A stretch of DNA of 17,834 nucleotides, from the NCBI GenBank assembly GCA_020536535.1, contig JAHLWZ010000381.1:662-18495 (forward strand). The letters are read 5' to 3'. Below, in pieces: positions 6,301-13,678 of the stretch (the first letter of the stretch is position 1; every line of letters begins with the position of its first letter). The notes beneath the pieces were generated by a model that was not told where the DNA came from, searched no databases, and saw only the letters and a program-made list of their open reading frames with translations. A program made the position numbers and the translations under genes. The DNA is from Pelomyxa schiedti. Taxonomy: Eukaryota; Protista; Evosea.

Positions 6301-8904
6301 ACATCTAAGCTATATGAGCTTCTTCTCAACAGACTTGAATCGGACTATGACCCTGCAAAGAAGGGAATAGTGAAGCTATTCATGGCTTTAATTGGTGCAT
6401 CTAGACGTGGTCTCGATCTAGAAAACGAGGTTTCCGTATTGCTCGAGCAGAGTGGGATCACGCCTGATGAATGGTGCCCCTTTCCACTTCCGCTTTGTCT
6501 TCTGCCCTCTTACACTTGCCACTGCTAAACTTTTAATTACCAATTTAAGGTCCCCTCTGTTTGTAGTCATCGAGGAGCTTTTTATATCTATGAGAGGTAT
6601 ACTGAGCTTCGCAAACGAGGATATTGCTAAGGCTGCAAGATCTGTCTTCCTTTGGGATAAAACAATTAGAAACCAATTTCATCTTAAGATAGCAAATTTC
6701 TTCTCTGGTATACAAGGCTTTACAGAAAGAAAGGTTTCCATCCCAAAAAAAAAAAAAATCAAATTCCTAACTAAAACAAATCAAAAGCTTGAAGAGTTAC
6801 CTTACCAGTTGGAGATGGCCGAAGAATGGCCAAAATTAGTTGCTCTTCTCTGTGATGCAACTCTCTTTGATAAACTCTTCACACCTACAACCAAGTTTGA
6901 CCTGGTACATCTAGAGCCAAAATATTTTGTCTTATTTATGATCAATCCAGTTCCATTGGGTTCGACTGTGTGAAGGCAATGTGCCAGGATTTGATATTTG
7001 TGCCCCGTTTTTGGATAAAGTGTCTCGGAGTATATTCCCACCTGACCTTATCCCAGCTGATTTCTGTTATAAGTAAGTCATTACTGAAACATGACCCGCT
7101 AAAAAACATTACCCATAGGGTTGGCCGGTGCTTTGACGAAATGTCAAAGATTAAAGGAGCCGAGGTAATGTACCAAAAAGCTATTGAGTTATACTATGCC
7201 ACATCCATGCCTCTTGAAGTCGCCAAAGTCAAACGATACTTAGCACAGCTGTACCACATGACCAGCAGGTTTGTCATACCCACCTCGTTTGTTGGTCAAT
7301 TTTTGAAGGAGCGACAAAGCTGAAGCAATGCTGAAGGATCTCACTGAAATTTACGAAAAGGAGAAGGGTCCTGATGATATTGAGATAGCAACTACGTTAA
7401 ACAGTTTGGGAAGTCTATATGTTGACCTTTGCCAGTAAACTGTTCATGACAAGAAGTCAACTATTTACCTTTTTCACAGGGGACCAAGTGCACATCCTGT
7501 TCTAGAACGAGCTTTGCGAATATGTAAGTGACCTTTCCAGGCTTTCTAAGCGTTAAACTACAACAAGGCGAGGCACAAGTCGGTCCTGATCACAATATTA
7601 CTGCTGATATCGCTTATACTCTTGGTGCTTTATATCATTACGAGCGCGACTTACTTCCCAAAAATCTCGAAAAATCGGAAGAATTTCTCAAGGTACCTCT
7701 CCACTCACTAATACAAGTCTTACATGTGACTTAGCGAGCACTGAATATCAAAGAAAAGACATTTGGCTACTACCACCCAGATGTTGCGTGGGTGCTCAAT
7801 AAACTGGGGTGTGTGTACATGGAACAAGATCAGTATAATGATGCTGAAGAGTGCTTTACTGTATGTGGCACTCCTCATCGAGCCTCAGCACTAACTTCCC
7901 TTTAACAGATGGCACTAGAAATTCGAGAAATCTCCCTTGGACCAAAGCACGCTTCCGTAGCACAATCACTGGAAAATGTACTAACACTATTCGCCCTTCA
8001 GGAACGCTACACAACTGCCGAAGACTGTGGCAGAAGGTTGACTATAATAGTGCAATCAGTCCGCTAATGCTTATCTCTCTATAGAGCACTTGACATTCTC
8101 TCTGAAACCTTTGGAGAAAATAGCTTCCAAGTGAGCAGCATATTGCTTCGAGTGGGTGCCCTCATGTTTGTAATGGAGAAGAAACCTCAAGGGACACAAG
8201 ACCTGACTCGCGCAATTGCAATTCGCACAGCGCTTTTTGGACCAGGTCGGTGACGTGCTCTCCATTTGCTTTACTCAAACCCCCCGCCCCCGCCCTCTTC
8301 CAGATCATCCACACACAAAGGAGGCAAAGCTGACCCTGGAGGAGCTGGTGGCACCACCCAAGCCGGAACCGCCATCGATCAGGGAGCAGCCCAAGGCCCC
8401 ACCCCCGCCGCCACCCCCGCCTCCTCGCGCCTTCGTGGCCCCGCCGCCGCCACCCCCAACGCCCGGCGGTGCACCGGGCGGAATCCCGCCGCCCCCGCCG
8501 CCTCCACCTCCGCCGCCTCCCCCTCCTTCATCTGGAAAGCCGCCGCCCAAGACGAAGGTCACTGCTGCTGTGGCCCTGGAGAAGACTGAGAGTGTGTCGC
8601 TTGAGGATGCGATTCAGAAACAGACCGGGCTCCACCACGTCACGGAGGCGAATGATAGGTCCAGCGCCAGGTTGATAATCTCTCTTTCTTCACATATGTA
8701 TTCCTGCCACTTACGGATATTCACACTAGCCGGAATGCAGCAGCCATGGCTGGACTCAAGACCCGTAGGATGGTTGAAGTGAAGGGCAAAGCCAAAGCCC
8801 CCAGGTCCACACTGGCACAGTTCTTGCAAGCAAACAAGGCCACAACCCAGTTCACACAGCAACCAGTACTGGATGTCAAGCCGACGATGGACAAGAAGAG
8901 CTGA
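3174..8904 (+). CDS. span of a multi-exon gene (at least 20 exons) encoding BRCT, IPT/TIG-like, coiled-coil, DUF4062, NACHT NTPase, TPR array, polyproline and WH2-like domains. It is an NPHP3-like STAND protein.
   Basis: A continuous in-frame exon chain with 19 introns of 36-76 nt. The domain motifs were read from the translation. Stop TGA at 8902-8904 and AATAAA at 8907. Confidence 0.75.
3366..3690 (+). CDS. exon 2: the second half of the BRCT domain (VTHVVVRPDD...) plus a Pro/Ser-rich linker
   Basis: Acceptor TTGTTTAG at 3365 after a 57-nt intron. Open frame to the donor at 3691. Confidence 0.6.
3734..4006 (+). CDS. exon 3: IPT/TIG-like beta-sandwich domain (PNTGDFRLALFGVHFRPGPGFKLKIGSVTATEYEFHSSSSVIVNVPPCTYVPFNATISLKVF...FRFY)
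   Basis: A 91-codon open frame with no Met, so it is absent from the ORF track. It is bounded by a 43-nt intron (3691-3733) and donor GTATTT at 4007. It shows the IPT/TIG sequence pattern. Confidence 0.5.
4080..4108 (+). CDS. exon 4, a small exon (VQLNKRFLWV); the acceptor choice is uncertain
   Basis: This is the only phase-compatible connection between exon 3 and exon 5. Donor GTGAGT at 4109. Confidence 0.35.
4161..4274 (+). CDS. exon 5: coiled-coil segment (LTNVRRAISNIQQTEIDLRTQLAQLTDLKLLEELEPEE)
   Basis: Acceptor GTGGGCAG at 4160. Heptad-like composition. A 42-nt intron follows. Confidence 0.55.
4317..4445 (+). CDS. exon 6: the start of DUF4062 (…EFEREIRIFISSPFRDMKEEREKI)
   Basis: The IFISSPFRDM motif matches the NPHP3-type DUF4062 N-terminus VFISSTFRDM. 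Confidence 0.7.
4504..4580 (+). CDS. exon 7: DUF4062 (VKLVIPKVRKLCMSLDVAVSYVDLRW)
   Basis: A 58-nt intron upstream and a 42-nt intron downstream. VDLRWG is a conserved DUF4062 motif. Confidence 0.7.
4623..4860 (+). CDS. exon 8: DUF4062 core (GVTGAQSEQ...CLREV...FVGLYGERYGW...VTELEMRM)
   Basis: GERYGW and TELE are hallmark DUF4062/NPHP3 motifs. The exon is 79 codons plus a split Trp codon. Confidence 0.75.
4905..5360 (+). CDS. exon 9: the linker into the NACHT domain (…AWFYLRD…ELPMVIVGG)
   Basis: 152 codons in phase 0. Ends in the first half of the P-loop. Confidence 0.75.
5405..5455 (+). CDS. exon 10: NACHT Walker A (GGSGKSALMANWVMRHK), which completes GGGGSGKS
   Basis: A 44-nt intron upstream and a 36-nt intron downstream. 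Shows the GxxxxGKS P-loop. Confidence 0.8.
5492..5587 (+). CDS. exon 11 (EHHPEDVIALHYVGCSPASTNYAFLLGRLMRL)
   Basis: Aligns to the NPHP3-type segment after the P-loop. Donor GTACAC gives a 40-nt intron. The alternative 19-nt intron was rejected. Confidence 0.6.
5628..5744 (+). CDS. exon 12 (ISEQLGAAVDLPSDQSKTPLAFVTWLSNLSVVNVNNRRI)
   Basis: Strong donor GTGAGT at 5745. Confidence 0.6.
5789..5859 (+). CDS. exon 13: NACHT Walker B (IVVIDGLNKLDERDNAQELLWFP)
   Basis: Shows the hhhhDGLxxLDE pattern. Strong donor GTAAGC at 5860. Confidence 0.75.
5906..5975 (+). CDS. exon 14 (QTFPRFMSVIVTTAPIQRIAHTLK), the WLP..LP..VrvIvTtR-type NACHT motif
   Basis: A phase-2/1 junction across a 46-nt intron. A 41-nt intron follows. 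Confidence 0.6.
6017..6165 (+). CDS. exon 15 (KRNCPTMDLALLEEAERKSFVRMYLNQRAKKLSDQQEFMIASAEQTANP)
   Basis: In-frame chain. Resembles the NPHP3/NWD-type region ...SKPQSANPLYL. Confidence 0.6.
6210..6473 (+). CDS. exon 16 (RFLQTLLDDIAVFGEHEALEKRIKQCL...VLLEQSGITPDEW)
   Basis: A 44-nt intron upstream. Shows the conserved ...LLxELRVFGxxE-like motif. Confidence 0.6.
6550..6960 (+). CDS. exon 17 and possibly one more exon: the helical region leading into the TPR array (SPLFVVIEEL...KLEELPYQLEMAEEWPKLVALLCDATLFDKL...). The internal exon structure is not resolved. It contains an A13 tract encoding KKKK.
   Basis: A single long open frame. LPYQLxxAxxWxxL resembles the NPHP3/TEP1-type LPYHL..AGEW motif. 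Confidence 0.5.
7000..8245 (+). CDS. TPR array of kinesin-light-chain/NPHP3 type, with at least 6 TPRs over several exons. Examples: AIELYYATSMPLEVAKVKRYLAQLY; LKDLTEIYEKEKGPDDIEIATTLNSLGSLY; ALNIKEKTFGYYHPDVAWVLNKLGCVYMEQDQYNDAEECF; ALEIREISLGPKHASVAQSLENV; ALDILSETFGENSFQVSSILLRVGALMF. Exact exon boundaries were not derived.
   Basis: A repeating 34-aa pattern, A..L.NLA.LY...G.Y.EAE.L..RAL.I.EK..G..HP.VA, in successive short ORFs joined by GT..AG introns. Confidence 0.65.
8304..8670 (+). CDS. penultimate exon: polyproline tracts (PPPPPPPPP...PPPPPPPPPPPPPPP) followed by a verprolin/WIP-type WH2-like motif (SLEDAIQKQTGLHHVTEANDRS)
   Basis: Phase-1 junction from the last TPR exon (donor GTCGGT at 8246, a 58-nt intron). 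The Pro-rich, FH1-like tract and the ...L(K/H)(K/H)VxxxNDRS WH2 consensus are both present. Confidence 0.55.
8730..8904 (+). CDS. terminal exon (SRNAAAMAGLKTRRMVEVKGKAKAP...MDKKS*), with stop TGA at 8902-8904
   Basis: A 59-nt intron (8671-8729), an in-frame stop, then AATAAA. Confidence 0.5.
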
Positions 8905-8906
8905 GG

Positions 8907-8912
8907 AATAAA
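8907..8912 (+). promoter_or_regulatory. polyadenylation signal AATAAA, 3 nt after the stop of the NACHT-TPR gene. A second AATAAA lies at 8947-8952.
   Basis: Read directly. Confidence 0.6.
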
Positions 8913-9132
8913 ATGCCATGGATTGTATTGTGAGGATTAACTACCTAATAAACTCTTGTGTTGCAACCTCAATCCACATGAACAATTACCAAGTTCATTC
9001 TTCTCCACGAAAGTACTTCCTCAAGGGAAGTTCCCCAACAAAAAAAGCCAACCGCCCATTTTTGAGGTTTTTTCCTGCTACGAAAGTCTTCGCGTTGTTA
9101 ACAGATTTAATTTGATCGAATTCTGCCCGATC

Positions 9133-9267
9133 ATGGCGTCAACGGGCGGGTGCTGCGTGCTGCTGTGCGTGGGTAGTGTGGACACAAAAAAGAAGGCAAG
9201 GAGTCAACTGCGTGAGTGTGTCAACAAAGTGAAAGGCTTCACCACAAGTTTCGTCTTCGGCCCAAAG
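9133..9267 (+). CDS. PARP4: PARP4-like gene exon 1, the first half of the BRCT domain (MASTGGCCVLLCVGSVDTKKKARSQLRECVNKVKGFTTSFVFGPK)
   Basis: ATG at 9133. Aligns to the PARP4 N-terminal BRCT (…KKKLQTDIKENGGKFSFSLNPQC) recalled from memory. Donor GTCCGT at 9268. Confidence 0.65.
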
Positions 9268-9280
9268 GTCCGTGCGTGCT

Positions 9281-9347
9281 TTGGTTGTGTTTTTTTTTGG
9301 TTTTTTTGTTTTGTTTTTTGTGTTTTGGTTTTTTGCTTTTGGTTGTC
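9281..9347. repeat. imperfect (GTTTT/GTTTTTT)n T/G-rich microsatellite inside intron 1 of the PARP4-like gene
   Basis: Read directly. It belongs to the same motif family as the repeat at 344-411. Confidence 0.85.
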
Positions 9348-9394
9348 TGTGATCATGTTAATTTTTTTTTCTCTTGGTTGTGTGGACTGCACAG

Positions 9395-9487
9395 GTGACA
9401 CACGTAGTCGTTGACGATGTCGGCTGGAGGATATTTTCTATTTCTCCAAGGAAGATTGACTTGATAAAGAGATTGCGGATACACGTG
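9395..9487 (+). CDS. PARP4: PARP4-like exon 2, the second half of the BRCT domain (VTHVVVDDVGWRIFSISPRKIDLIKRLRIHV)
   Basis: Acceptor CTGCACAG at 9394 after a 127-nt intron. Strong donor GTGAGT at 9488. Aligns to THIILDNADVLSQYQLNSIQKNHVHI. Confidence 0.65.
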
Positions 9488-9556
9488 GTGAGTTGGATGT
9501 TTGAAATTTCCGGAATCTTGTTAGCCACCTTTTTTTTACGACTCTATTTGAATTAG

Positions 9557-9850
9557 GTTACACCTGCCTTTTTAGATGCCTGTACATCAAATAGCAGAAT
9601 TATGGAATGCTCAGATTTTGTGTATAATACTGTGAAGGAGGTTGTACTGAGCACAGAACCTCAGATATACTTGCCACCACAAGAACCAGACCCTGTACCT
9701 CCTGCGCCTGCTGCCTCCAGGGATACTTATATTCGAAGGGAAGTCATTGTTCCCTACAAATCCAAAGATGACCCTTTTAATGAAGCGGGTGCCTGGCTCG
9801 TTCAACACCATCTACTGCAAAAGCCATCATGGTTAGATCATTTTCGTTTC
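9557..9850 (+). CDS. PARP4: PARP4-like exon 3, 3' end approximate (…MECSDFVYNTVKEVVLSTEPQIYLPPQEPDPVPPAPAAS…)
   Basis: Acceptor TGAATTAG at 9556 with a 69-nt intron. Aligns to PDFIWKSIREKRLLDVKNYDPYKPLDITPPPDQ. Confidence 0.5.
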
Positions 9851-9882
9851 TAAGTATCCCTCTTTTCTAATTCGTTTCTAGC

Positions 9883-10191
9883 TTGGTGAAACTAGAATTG
9901 CATACCCGCAGCTCTTCTGATAATGCTTGGCGTGTGTATGAAGAAGTTGTGCCATGCCTTTCCACTGTGCCACCACAGACAAATACTCAGGGGAAATCAA
10001 AAAAGACCATCTCCCAACCAACACACAGGAGGCTGAGCCATCTCTTAGCCTCGGCCTCAGAGGCTATTTCTGTGTACTCCGCTCTCTATGAGAATTATAC
10101 CAACGTTGAAGGCTACACCCGCGTTGGAATACCTCCGTTTTCTTCCTTGGGATCAGATTTGGTATATGCTTCTCCAACGTTCTTTTTTTAA
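9883..10191 (+). CDS. PARP4: PARP4-like coding segment, exon boundaries not derived (…SEAISVYSALYENYTNVEGYTRV…)
   Basis: Aligns to the PARP4 segment SEDASEYFENYIEELKKQGF, recalled from memory. Confidence 0.35.
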   Translation: MVKLELHTRSSSDNAWRVYEEVVPCLSTVPPQTNTQGKSKKTISQPTHRRLSHLLASASEAISVYSALYENYTNVEGYTRVGIPPFSSLGSDLVYASPTFFF

Positions 10192-10711
10192 CTATTAAAA
10201 GATAGGTAATGGATTAAGTCCCGGGTCTGTTCTTCCTGCAATGATATCACAGCTTGTGCAAGTCATTTTTAACGGTCAGTGATGATAGAACTCTGTTTTC
10301 GAATAACATTTTTCAGCTTCATCTTCTAAGTTTGCTGGCTTGAATACTATGACACTGGATATATCATTAGACACTCTAAATGAGGCAGAGGCTATTCTAT
10401 GGTCCCTGCAAGAGCTTAGCCTTTCCAATCAACAAGGCTCTCCGAAATTCATTGAGGTATGGCACTTGAACTCGATCTTTCTCTGTGTAAATTATTTTAA
10501 CAGCTAAATGATAAACTTTCCTCGTTGCTCCCATTTAGTGATCAGCACATAACCTCAAATGAAGCATTGCTTGAGAAATATGAGTTCATCCAAACTCTAA
10601 AAGATTCTCTTTGCCTGAATGAAGGTACCCACTAAACGTGCATATTTAAGCTAATTTTCACCAGGGATCACACTTCCAGGCAGTTCTGTACAGTCCAACT
10701 CCATCATAGAT

Positions 10712-10960
10712 ATGCATTACCGCAGTCTCAATTGTCGTTTGGAATATACAGATGATCCTGCTGTGAGAGAGCTAACTTCCCGTGTCCAAGCCTCTCTAAC
10801 ATCAGCCCCTACCTTGCTACACGTGGAACATGTGTTTCATGTTGCGCGCCCTTCGGAAAATGAAGTCTTTTCTAATGTGGGTAATGTGAAACTTCTATTT
10901 CACGGTACCAAAGTGGAGCGGGTAGCTGGTATTCTTTCACATGGACTGGTTTTACCAAAG
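10712..10960 (+). CDS. PARP4: PARP catalytic domain, part 1 (…NVKLLFHGTKVERVAGILSHGLVLPK), with the donor-loop His-Gly-Thr motif. The 5' boundary is approximate.
   Basis: LLFHGTxxxxxxxILSxGL matches the PARP signature LLWHGSRxxNxxGILSQGL. Donor GTTTCC at 10961. Confidence 0.65.
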
Positions 10961-11096
10961 GTTTCCCTCAAAGCAATTCGATCTATTTTCTCAGTGCCTT
11001 AGGTTTCTGTAACTAAACTTGGAATCAAGAGAGTGGATGCTGGCCAACTTGGGGTGCACATTTGTTTCGTTTAGTTTCGTTTTACATGCCCTACAG

Positions 11097-11285
11097 AATG
11101 GTATATACTTTGCAACAGATGCCGCTGTAAGTGCTAAATACTGTAACTCTTTTGGGGAAACGTCGTTCCTATTGGTGGCTTCAGTTTCCTTAGGCAAATC
11201 TATGGATACACCAGCTCCACGAGTAGGAACCACTGCCGACACTTTACCCAACGGGTATCTGGAAATTCGAAGGGAATTTATTCTC
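11097..11285 (+). CDS. PARP4: PARP catalytic domain, part 2 (NGIYFATDAAVSAKYCNSFGETSFLLVASVSLGKSMD…). The 3' boundary is approximate.
   Basis: Acceptor CCTACAG at 11096. GIYFAxxxSKSxxYC is the PARP signature. Ser sits at the position of the catalytic Glu (LLVASVSLG against LLLGEVALG). Confidence 0.65.
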
Positions 11286-11309
11286 TAATATGTTTCTTCA
11301 GATTCCACA

Positions 11310-11810
11310 GTGTGCACTCCATCCCGAGGCATACCGACCCCAACTCGGCCTTCGAGGATGAGGAATTCTGTGTACCTCTCCCAATTTGTGAAACTGCATC
11401 ATGACCACCGACAGGTATTTGATAGCCGACAAATAATCCTGGAATACATTATCCAACTTACAAAAGCCCCTAAATCAATACCATCAACACTACCAATGCC
11501 GTCTTTTCCACAAGTTTCAATCTCTGATCCAACCACCGCCCCAGACGATCTGAAGTCTATTTTTCTTGCACCACCTTCTCTCAGCGTTTCACCCACGAAA
11601 AAGCAATCTCCTGTATACCCGGTTTTGATTGGTCAAGGCGGAGTACGTTTTTCAGTTGAAAGTACAACTGTGGCAGCCAGAATACTTGATTTAGTGGCTG
11701 AAGTTGTAGTTATTCAACATTTTAGCAATACTGGCGTTGTAGCTTGTGAAGCGAAGTATATATGCCCAATAGATAGCCATGGTTGTATATCTGCCCCCAC
11801 AATACTCTAA
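11310..11810 (+). CDS. PARP4: VIT (vault protein inter-alpha-trypsin) domain region (…VYPVLIGQGGVRFSVESTTVAARILDLVAEVVVIQHFSNTGVVACEAKYICPIDSHGCISA…). Exon boundaries were not derived.
   Basis: Aligns to PARP4 VPLEDVHIKGRIIDTVAQVIVFQTYTNKSHVPIEAKYIFPLDDKAAVCGF, recalled from memory. Confidence 0.5.
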   Translation: MCTPSRGIPTPTRPSRMRNSVYLSQFVKLHHDHRQVFDSRQIILEYIIQLTKAPKSIPSTLPMPSFPQVSISDPTTAPDDLKSIFLAPPSLSVSPTKKQSPVYPVLIGQGGVRFSVESTTVAARILDLVAEVVVIQHFSNTGVVACEAKYICPIDSHGCISAPTIL

Positions 11811-12377
11811 CCTCTCCTAGCTGCTGTTTGTGCTTTCGAATGTTACATAAATGACAAGCATGTAGTGGCACACATAGAAGAAAAAGGTCTTTTTCTTTTT
11901 TTATTGTGCCAATTGAAACAATGTCAAATATTAGGTAAGGCTCGAAAAGAATACAAAGAAGGTACACGTTTGTGCTTGACTTTTTTGTAACTTATAAGAA
12001 TACAGCAATTGAGCAAGGGCATGGAGCGTAGGTAAGCCAGATTCCTTCTACTTCTTTACCTCTATTAGGTATTTACTCGAAGAAGAATCCCCAGATGCAT
12101 GGTGCATGTCTCTTGGAAATCTTCCAGGCATATCTTGCCATGATGTTCTTACTTCCTCTTATTCTTCAAAGCAAACGCCGAAATTGTTGTTAAAATTACA
12201 TATGTGGAAGACCTGGCTTTAGCATCTAATGGGGTAAGTCCGTCAAAAGTAGTGAAATTTGTGTCTAATCAACAATACTCAGATTACCTTTACCTTACCT
12301 GCGGCTCTTGCCGGCCGTGAGGACCGTCTCAATAGTGTAACAACAACCCAAACGGCAGTTGCAACAGTTATCAAAGT

Positions 12378-12662
12378 ATGCTCCAAACAACTAGGGTAGG
12401 TATCTCATTTAGTCAGGCTCATTCCAGCGCGCCGTCATTCCATTTGGAAGCGGGAATTACTATGCCCTATGACATCACTGGCATCACTTCACCATCTCAT
12501 TTGAAAGATGTTCAAGTGAAACACACCAACACAAAGGCAACTGTCAGGGCTTTAATGACGGAACTTACAGCAGACTTTGTACTACTTATTTCTATCAAGA
12601 ACGCCCATGAACCCCGAATGTGGTTGGAAGTAAAGGACTCATCTCTACTGCTTTTTACTTAA
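12378..12662 (+). CDS. PARP4: VIT C-terminal region (…ITMPYDITGI…ALMTELTADFVLLISIKNAHEPRMWLEVKDSS…). Exon boundaries were not derived.
   Basis: Aligns to PARP4 SIEMPYVIEFIF…GFSLHIGLSAAYLPRMWVEKHPE, recalled from memory. Confidence 0.5.
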   Translation: MLQTTRVGISFSQAHSSAPSFHLEAGITMPYDITGITSPSHLKDVQVKHTNTKATVRALMTELTADFVLLISIKNAHEPRMWLEVKDSSLLLFT

Positions 12663-12671
12663 CACTTTCAG

Positions 12672-13148
12672 GTGGATGATACACAAAACTGGGCAGCGAT
12701 GATTTCTATATCCCCAGATTTTCAAAATTATATACAGTCTGCCTGTCAGAGCAGATCTGAGGTCATATTCGTGGTTGACAGGTCCATAAGCATGGCCTCC
12801 AATCTTGCAACTTTACGTTGGGCTCTTCAGGTAATCAGATGGATGATTTTGCACTCTCACGAAACTCAGATACTCATATCCCAACTGGGAAGTGAGGATA
12901 TGTTTAATGTAGTTGGATTTGGATCCCACTTTGAGTCGTTATTTGTACAGTCGCAATCTGCAACTTCCGCCAAACCTGTCGGGTACAGATATGCCCAAAT
13001 GTTACAAGCCACCTTTGGGGGTACTTCCCGTCACCATACCTCCCTCCCCAAGCTTAATCACCTTTTTCAACAGGCACAAATCTTTACTCTGTTCTCAGAG
13101 CAGTGTTTTCTCTTGGTCAATCCAATGACTTCTCTTCAAGAACAGTAA
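12672..13148 (+). CDS. PARP4: von Willebrand factor A (VWA) domain with the MIDAS motif DRSIS (…SEVIFVVDRSISMASNLATLRWALQV…DMFNVVGFGSHFESLF…MLQATFGGT…). Exon boundaries are approximate.
   Basis: Shows the VWA pattern hhhhhDxSxSM....hh......FnhhxFgs........A..Ggt. Confidence 0.6.
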   Translation: MDDTQNWAAMISISPDFQNYIQSACQSRSEVIFVVDRSISMASNLATLRWALQVIRWMILHSHETQILISQLGSEDMFNVVGFGSHFESLFVQSQSATSAKPVGYRYAQMLQATFGGTSRHHTSLPKLNHLFQQAQIFTLFSEQCFLLVNPMTSLQEQ

Positions 13149-13678
13149 TCCTTCTCACTGATGGCCTTTTTGACATTTTTCCCGTATTGCCCATAGTGAA
13201 AAGGTGGAGAGACTCCTTGTATCTCAGTATTAAATCTGTTTAGTGCCCGGGCTCACACCAAACTATTTACTGTTGGAATCGGGGAGGCATCCAGGCATTC
13301 TATTTGCACCCTTGCACGGATAGGTGGGGGATGCTGTCAGTTCGTTCCATCCAATCCCTCACCCAAACATGAGAAACTGTTGAATCACATGTTAGCACAA
13401 CGAAATCAAAATGTGGCTTCCCTAAATTTGGAACATTCTTATACTGTTTTAGACTTTATCTGGTATAAACATCAAGTGGCACACAACACACACAATTAAG
13501 CAAGTACCCTCTGAAATTTACAATATGTTTCAGAATCAGGTTTTCCTCCAAGACTAGTTTTCCTTTTTCTAACACATTAAAGTCTTATACTATTTATGGT
13601 CTCCTTAGTGGCATATGTAACCAGGTGTCAATTCAGGGGAATATCGGAGCACAGTTTTACCCTCACCCAATAAATTAG

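Noticed and set aside
8266-8589. Minus-strand ORF rich in poly-Gly (GGGGGGGGGGG), and a + strand ORF in an alternative frame rich in Ala/Pro/Arg
   Set aside because: They are the antisense and off-frame shadows of the GC-rich polyproline-coding tract. The proline frame is the one that connects by splicing to the TPR exons and to the WH2-like motif.
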